A DNA stretch of 64,000 nt from Octopus vulgaris. Its lineage: Eukaryota. The stretch is from contig OX597817.1 in NCBI GenBank assembly GCA_951406725.2, positions 132,184,001 to 132,248,000 of the forward strand, given 5' to 3'. Shown piece by piece: positions 54,943 to 64,000 of this stretch. Position numbers and translations under genes: made by a program. Position 1 is the first letter of the stretch. Every line of letters begins with the position of its first letter. The notes under the pieces were generated by a model. The model did not search any database. It saw only the letters and a list, made by a program, of their open reading frames with translations, and was not told the origin of the DNA.

Positions 54943-55534
54943 GAAAAAAACGAAACTCGTCAATAAGACATTTTAGCAAAAAATGATGGATTTGTACAGC
55001 GATTAACTGAACGCTATTAATATTGTTTAAAAAAAAACGTTATATGATATAACGTCATAAGTAGCTTACAGAAAGAGTAGGGATATTTATAGTGAATGTT
55101 AAATATAAAGGAAATTAAATTTTAAATTATATATAATGACAGGGACTACTTATTTGCACTAAAGGTGTGTTTTGCCAATGTTTACATCTGTATGCTCGCT
55201 CTATAACCGTGTTTACTAGGCGACTTTTAGAAAAAATAATGAAAAATAGCTCAGAATTGCAGAGAAGACAGAATTCCTTGCCTTTGTCATAAGGTATCGA
55301 GATTGAGAGAATCAACCATTCTAAATGAAATTGTTCATTGTGGTCTTTTAGATCCCAAATCAGTTTGCTGAGACCGGTACTATTCCGTTTATTTCTATCC
55401 CTAAATGTTAAGTAATGGATAGAAATTCTTTTAGATGACTCTAACGATGTGCTTCCGAAGTAAGATCGTACTTTATTACGAGTACTGATTATACACTGGT
55501 ATATAGAATTTTTAATCTTAGAGTTACTTGACAT
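54857..55534 (-). mobile_element. Penelope-like element 3' part: GIY-YIG endonuclease remnant + pLTR hammerhead motif
   Basis: ORF 55127-55534: IYQC...SYFGST...KRI..H...F...K...T.LSK.IW.LK...W.IL.....Y.....C.LC..E...N....C.H, the Penelope GIY-YIG signature. Confidence 0.85.
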
Positions 55535-56545
55535 AAACTTAATTCTATTCTAAGTAAATATATATATATCAGTTCGGCAAAAGAAGTCGATAGAATAAGA
55601 ACCAGGCTTACAAAATGTAAGTTCAGGGGTCGATTTATTCGACTGAAAAATGTTTCAATGCCCCAGAATGGCTGCAGTCTAATGACTGAATCAATTAAAG
55701 ATAAAAGATAAAAGCTATACACACGTACATACATTTCATACATACACACATACATACATAATTGCATGCAAGCTATACACACGTACACACATACATACAT
55801 ACATACATACATACATACATACATACATACATACATACATACATACATACATACATACATACATACGTGCATGCATACATACATGTTTGTAGTAGTTACA
55901 TTTTACCACGAGCACCAACAAAACAATCTTAACTTATATATGAACTAATATAATTTCATATTAAAGTCATTATTTCCCATCCAACACCCCTCACACCTCC
56001 ACTCCAACATGTTTCACCAGGCAAATAATTCGATCATTCGTTCCACTTTTAATTGTTATGGAACCTCATAGGGATCGTCTACATCTTTTACATCAATATT
56101 TAATTAACAGACAGCTATCGAAATCTCAATAGAATTTCTATCCTATAATATAAGTTATCAACGGTCGTCTTTAATATATTTCAAAACCATTGACTGATGT
56201 AAGCTATATTTCAACAAGTCTCTATATTGTCGAAGTTTGCTGTAAAGTTAAGTTTTAAAAGAAAAACTTCGTTACATCTTTATTTCAATCAATACTTATT
56301 TTCAAGAGCTTTATATAACAAAGGAGAGGCCTGTCTTTTATTCTGCTACGTTGCAAATAGTAAATATACACAGGTAGGTGTATGTCGAAAAACACAAATA
56401 CAATCATGTGTAGCTATATATGTATTGGTGTGTATACATACCTAGTTATATGCCTTTATATATGTCTGTGTGCTTGAGTTTGTGTGTGTGTATGTATGCA
56501 TATATATACATATGTACATACATATATACGCAAATATATGTATAT

Positions 56546-56609
<64 letters not shown>

Positions 56610-56838
56610 ATATATATACATATAGACGCAAATGTATATTTATGCATATATACATACATACACACACATACACACACACTCACACCCACACAAGCATATA
56701 CACATATATATGCATATAAGTCTGTGTGTATATATGTGTGGCTACATTTGTATTTGAAAACCTATTTTTCTCTTTCTCTGTCTTTTTCTTCTAATATATG
56801 TATGCACACATACATACGTACATATGTATATACAACAA

Positions 56839-56869
<31 letters not shown>

Positions 56870-56931
56870 TACACTTATACATGTATTCATATATGGATAT
56901 TCATGTATAAATATACATACATATATATACA

Positions 56932-56998
<67 letters not shown>

Positions 56999-56999
56999 A

Positions 57000-57032
<33 letters not shown>

Positions 57033-57205
57033 GTATGTGTGTGTGTGTGTGTATGCACACACAAATTTCCGAACATAAATATCGTACTTAGTCATCCATA
57101 ACGTGCATTTACATTCATACTTAGATTTACATAAACGTAGGCTTATACATAAATAAAGACAAACATATATACATATATGACGATATATATACATATACAT
57201 GCATT

Positions 57206-57236
<31 letters not shown>

Positions 57237-57757
57237 GCATACAAGCACACACATGTAGAGACATCAGAGCGTATATCATTTGACATGAATATCCTTCCTT
57301 TTAAAATTGAATTTAACCCCTTTCTTTCGCGATTTTTATATAAAAGGATACGTTTTACAGTAGTGTCAAATTGATGGAATAATATATAACATAATTGAGA
57401 AGAATTCAATTTGAACAGATCTCACCAGAAAATAACTGTACACTAAAGCGGTAATTGACAGCAGCCTAAAAAACTACAGACTCGGCCAAAGAATAAAAGA
57501 CTGCATTCAAACTAAGTAGCAAACCGCTTATTTCCTTTATTTATTTTTACCCTTACGAATAAATTTATATATAAAAAAAAAACACCTAAAAGCGCTCATC
57601 TATTGTAAATAGATATATATAGATAGAGAGAATAAAACGAAGAAGGTAGGAGGTTTTTGCTTTATTATTTTTATCGTTGTTGTTATTATTTTTTGCTATT
57701 TCTCGTGTTTTGTGTTTGCTAACGTCCGGCTGTGCATATATTTATTATCCTTCGTGT

Positions 57758-57808
<51 letters not shown>

Positions 57809-58003
57809 GTGTATGTGTGTGTATATGTGAAGATGTAAGTCCATGAGTTCACATACGCTTACATACAAACTGTGACGCACACCTGCATACATACGTACAT
57901 ACAGGCTCATACATTCTAATATATATGTATATATGTTTGGGGTCATGTATGTATGTACGTATGTGTTTTTGTATCTGTGTATCTGTCTGTTTATCTCTTT
58001 CTC

Positions 58004-58038
<35 letters not shown>

Positions 58039-58096
58039 GTCTATCTATCTATTTAATTATCTATTTGTCTCTCTGCCTGTCTGTCTATATAGCTAT

Positions 58097-58148
<52 letters not shown>

Positions 58149-58226
58149 TGTATATGTATGTATGTATTTATATATATATATATATGTATATATGTATATA
58201 TAAATATATGTATGTATATATATATG

Positions 58227-58258
<32 letters not shown>

Positions 58259-58423
58259 GGACTTATTCATTGTAAGCCTGATACTTTTTCTATCAGTCAG
58301 TTTTGCCGAGCCGGTAAGTTACTTGGGACGTAAACTCACCAAGATCGTTTGTCAAGCGATGGTTGAGGGAGAACCACAGAAACAAACACACAAATATGTA
58401 CATATATACATACACTCACACAC

Positions 58424-58468
<45 letters not shown>

Positions 58469-58606
58469 ACAGGCTTCTTTCAGTTTCCGTCTTCCAAATC
58501 CACTCACAAGGCTTTGGTCGGCCCGAGGCTTCAGTAGAAAATATTTGCCCAAGGTGCCACACAGTGGAACTGAACCCGGGAGCAATCTTCTTACCACACA
58601 GCCACG

Positions 58607-58662
<56 letters not shown>

Positions 58663-59285
58663 CTTTTAATTGTTTCAGTCATTAGACTGTGGCCATGCTG
58701 GGGCTCTGCCATGAGGAAATTTTACCCGAATGAATCGACTCGAGTACTTGTTTTTCTTGTTATTCTATCGGCCATTTCCCCCTGAACCGCTAGGCTCCGG
58801 AACGTAAACACACCAAGACCGGTTGTGAAGCGGCGGTGAGAGCCAAAAACACAAACATACACACACACACATACGCGGCGTGCATATAAATAAATAAGTA
58901 TATACAATATATAGACACATGCACATACACACACCCATATGCACGTACGTACACACTCTTGCGTATATAGAACATTATCATAGAACATCAATATTATTGA
59001 GAAAAAGAGAAGGAATAATAGAAGAGAGCGAAATGGTAGAGTTTGTCAGAGAAATGTATTAAGGATGCTGGAGAGATGGTTGAAGAGGCAAGTGGGCGCG
59101 GTCGAATAGATGCGGAAAATAGATTATGAAAGGGAGCAACAGGCTCTGGAGTATGAAAAGCAGAATAAAGGGGCATGCTGATAAAGAGGGGGTACTTGTA
59201 AAGAAAGAGGGTAATATATAGGGTTATGGTGAGAAGGGGATTTACAAGGAGCAAGAGGGAGACAGTGTATGTGTGTGTGAGAGAG

Positions 59286-59336
<51 letters not shown>

Positions 59337-59610
59337 AACATGTATGGGATATCAGAGAGTGAAAGCAATTGATAGTAATGGATACTGAGAGAGAGTGAGA
59401 GTGAGAGAGAGTGAGAGAGTGAGAAAGAGAGAGTGAGTGAGAGAGAGAGAGTGGGTGAGAGAGTGAGAGAGTGAGAGAGAGAGTGAAAGACAGAGAGAGG
59501 GGAGACAGAGAGAAGATGTGTCAGTATAAGAACAGAGAAATTAAGTCAATAAACTGACATTATGACAGTATCGTAATTTCTCTCTCTTTCTCACTTTGTA
59601 TCTCTATTTC

Positions 59611-59641
<31 letters not shown>

Positions 59642-59670
59642 GTCTGTCTATCTATCTATCTATCTATCTA

Positions 59671-59721
<51 letters not shown>

Positions 59722-59862
59722 CTGCTTCCGTTTTGTACATAGATAACCAGAGGGTCATATTGGGAGGGTCATTTTGCCAATAAGAAACCCACGCACTGAT
59801 ATTCCCTAGCAAAAGAAAATAGGTTAAGAAATAAATGGACAGACTGTTAGATAGCTGGAAAC

Positions 59863-59922
<60 letters not shown>

Positions 59923-59952
59923 CTGCAAACGTAGATAGATAGACAGACAGAC

Positions 59953-60023
<71 letters not shown>

Positions 60024-60416
60024 AAGACAAGTGGATGGATGGATGGATGGATTGATGGATGGAGGTGGAACATGTAAAGCAGATCAATTCCAAAAAATAA
60101 AGGCAAGAAACATTCCAAGGGGTGGTCACAGTTACTATAATTAGTTTTATGCTCGAAGTTACAGAGTGAAAGTTTTTATTTAATTTCGATATATTCCCAC
60201 GTCGGAAAATAGTGTGAAGTCCAAGAAGTCGGTGAACAAAATGGAATTAAATTTTAAGGGAAGGGTATAATCGATTACATCAACCTTTGTACTTGATTGG
60301 GAATTATTTCATCGTTTCCGAAAAAGGTGAAAACTGAAGTCAACCTTGAGTATATACTGACGAAATGCCGCTAAGCATTTTCTCCAATATGCTAACGATT
60401 CTGCCGAGTCGCTGCC

Positions 60417-60482
<66 letters not shown>

Positions 60483-61494
60483 TTTCTTTACTACCCACAA
60501 GGGGCTAAACAAAGAGAGGACAAACAAAGACAGACAAACGGATTAAGTCGATTATATCGACCCCAGTGCGTAACTGGTAATTATTTAATCGACCCCGAAA
60601 GGATAAAAGGCAAAGTCGACCTCGGCGGAATTTGAACTCAGAACGTAGCGGCAGACGAAATACTACTAAGCATTTCGCTCGGCGTGCTAACGTTTCCGCC
60701 AGGCTCAGTACCACAGATTTGCTTGTCAGTTGCTTGACCTTGACTAGTTGAGCATGTCTCTTAGTGGCTGATGATATGAGCACCTCTGATCACGAGTAGA
60801 AGTAGTGGGGAGCATCATAGCCATCTGTTGAGAGGAATTCTTCGGGATTTGGATAATTCACTTTTGGAAACCTGGGTATTTCGTTCAACATGCTTAAACA
60901 ACCCTCATTCTGGGACCTTTTGAAGGGGAAGGGCTACTTGACCTGAAGAGAATTTTAACAGGTCCCCACCTGTAATGTCGTGCGCTGTTTATCTTAATAG
61001 GAGACCACCATCTCGTGCATATATGGTTGTGATGCATGTGCCTAGTGTACCCTTATCAGACGGGTAGTCATGATGGGTATACTGGGCTTCGTATATTTGT
61101 ACCCCAGTGTCACTTTAATGGCATGTGCTACTCTATCACTCTAATAATGATAATGATGATGATGATGATGATGATGATGAGGGGGATATTGCATGGATGA
61201 GGGGGATATTGCCAAGATAGACAACATGTGTGGGTATTTAGATAAAGGATACGTAGAAACAAATGGGAAAGACGATGAAATCTAATAAATGCATACGTAG
61301 TGTCCAAAGTATGTGATAATATGAATGATGCAATCTTCCTGATACAACAGATATTCCAACTAGGGCCAATCAACGAACCCCACAAATCCAAGATCACTCT
61401 AACTAACAAAGGCACCAGATCTCTTATACCCTCTTATATACAGGTGCATATTTAGAGTCATTTTTGTCAGAGTCACTCATTTTTTTCACAGATC

Positions 61495-62010
61495 CACTGG
61501 AAGGTAGCACTTCTCTCTCCATCCTAACATTCCTTTCTAAGTTGAACTTAAAGAAGTCGATGAGAGCTTGACCGAAGAGGAAGGTGCCTTTCCTCAATTC
61601 TTTCAGGTTCGCCCATCACACAACCTCTTTCGTCATAGCCACTAGAAACAACAACACTGACTGCCCCGTCTTGCTAAAGGCGGATTGTGAGGCGATCCAC
61701 ACGATGATTTCTGCCGACAGTCAAACTCTTCGTCAGAATGTCACAGGTCAGCAATACTCGGGCAGTGCACCAGTGCGTGCAGAACGATTTCGTCACTCTG
61801 CCTGAATCATAGACAGTGCCACCTGACGGCGATTTCGTGCCTCTTGAATTTATTTCGAAATGGCTGTGTTCCTTGGTGGCACTGCCAGGTCATGGATTTC
61901 TGGAAGTTAGCTACGGCAGTACCGGCGTCGGAAGTCCTATTTATTCATCCTCGTCGACGCCTGGAATGTCCCCCGAGAACGTCATCGCTCTTACTCACCA
62001 CTAGATTTCT
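61495..62010 (-). mobile_element. L1/Tx1-like LINE ORF2 C-terminal fragment
   Basis: Collinear with 290-780 (shared cagcaatactcgg, ggatttctggaagtta, tcgacgcc, ccccgag). Confidence 0.7.
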
Positions 62011-62744
62011 AAATGCAGTTAACATTGAACTTCCACCAATTGCATTGCTTGATAAGGTAAAGAGCCGTGAGCGCCTGACGACATTCCAGATACTAATAAA
62101 AACAATAACAGGAGCACTCAGAGAGTGCAAACCAAGGCAACACCAACGTCCTCTCAACGATTAGGCGGAGATGGTTTTTAAAATGAGAATATTTAAAATA
62201 AACTCGACTGCTCTCACAGACGAGAATACTAAAAATGAGCCCGCCCACACTCAAAAATTAAGTAAAAAAAAAATGGAAAAATAATCCAGAATACTTGTCC
62301 AGTACCGGATCGATCCCCAAATCTAATCAGTTCGTGCCAGTTCCGAGGTCAAACATCCCTGAAAGTTTCATCCGAATCCATCCAGCGGTCCTTGAGATAT
62401 CTTATCCACGGACAAACAAACACGACTGAAAAACAATACCTCCGTCTTCCTTTAGTAGGACGTCATAATCTTTTCTACTTTAGGCAGAAGGCCTGAAATT
62501 TTGGGGGAAGAGACAAGTCAATTACAATGACCCCAGTACGCAACTGGTACTTAATTTAGGATGAAAGACAAAGTCGACTTCGGCGGAATAATCATAATGA
62601 TAACAATAATAACCACAAAGTTGTCTACATCTTTATATGTAATGCACAAGTATGTCCTCATGACTGTATTTATGCATCCATCCACCCACCCTCCCTCACT
62701 CCATCTATCTACAAAGATACATACGTGCATACATATGCGTGTGC

Positions 62745-62780
<36 letters not shown>

Positions 62781-63158
62781 ATCATCTATAGTAATTGCTT
62801 TTTTTTATGCTATTCTACCCAATATCCCAATATTCATTCTAACAGTATTACACATCTACTACGCCCCCCACCCCATCGGCTCATGTAACTCGCCATTTTG
62901 TCAATAGATATTTTCAGGCAATTGAGAGATTAGCACTGCTTGATTTATTACCTATTATCTCACATTTCCTATCTCTGCCACTTGTGTTGAGACCTTACTC
63001 AAATATTATAAAGCAGAATTAAATGTGTATGGAGTACGAATCTTCATTATGCTCTACTCGTATGTCTATTAGTGTTAGCTTGCTTACGTATCGTCGAGAT
63101 TTTCCCATCATACATGCTTACATACATACATATATATATATATTCACATTTCTAGTTC

Positions 63159-63220
<62 letters not shown>

Positions 63221-63292
63221 GCATATATATGTATATACATATATACATATATATATATATCTATAATTATATATATTTATATTTATATATAT

Positions 63293-63370
<78 letters not shown>

Positions 63371-64000
63371 GTGTATGTGCATTTCTCTTTAATGCACACA
63401 CATGAGCAAATACGTATATACGACAACTTGTATACGCATATGCACATCTATATGTAAACAGCTATATATATATATATAGATATAGGTATATATGGATATA
63501 TATGAGTGTAGTTGTGTTTGCGTGTACGTATGTAAATATGTAGGTGTGTATAGTATACTCCAATAAGAGCGGAATAGTTGTCTATGTAATTATATTCTGA
63601 AAACTCCCCATACATAGAAACATACTTTGCTCTATACGTATTGCGATGTAATACGCCTCTGTATGTGTGTATGAGTGTGTGCGCGCGTGTAATTATCAGC
63701 CACCGAATTCGCCACGTTTTCATTTATCATAATACACTTTCGGAAATTCGCCTCAGGTTGTCATCAGTTTTCCGGGATAATTTTTACATTAGTTCTCCAT
63801 AAAATATACACAATTGCACACATACACATAAACACAAACATACCCTACTACAAACACACACACACACACAAACACACACACAGATATATATATATATATA
63901 GGTATATATACTGATATATATTAAATGTACGTACAAATATATGTATACACACATACATACGTATATACATACATACGTATTGACATATATATACATATAT

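Overview
Eukaryotic, microsatellite- and retroposon-dense genomic DNA. The SINE families look octopus/coleoid-like; that is an inference from recall, not a search. Almost all ORFs in the supplied track are simple-repeat artefacts. The real gene is a + strand adhesion-class (family B2) GPCR. Nine GT-AG exons between 3226 and 37696 splice with matching phases into about 295 codons covering the GPS motif and TM1-TM7. The N-terminus lies upstream and the C-terminal exon(s) were not located. The GPS lacks the canonical H-L-S/T cleavage triad. Introns and downstream DNA hold three tRNA-type SINE families, L1/Tx1-, RTE-, CR1/L2- and R4/Dong-like LINE fragments, Penelope GIY-YIG remnants, Tc1/mariner, hAT and Helitron elements, and a 107-bp tandem array. 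The most interesting signal is a set of type-I minimal hammerhead-ribozyme motifs in at least four different Penelope-type repeat families. They show covarying stems and palindromic (dimer-type) stem III, and one family has a G3:C8-swapped core inside a fold-back element. Activity is untested.
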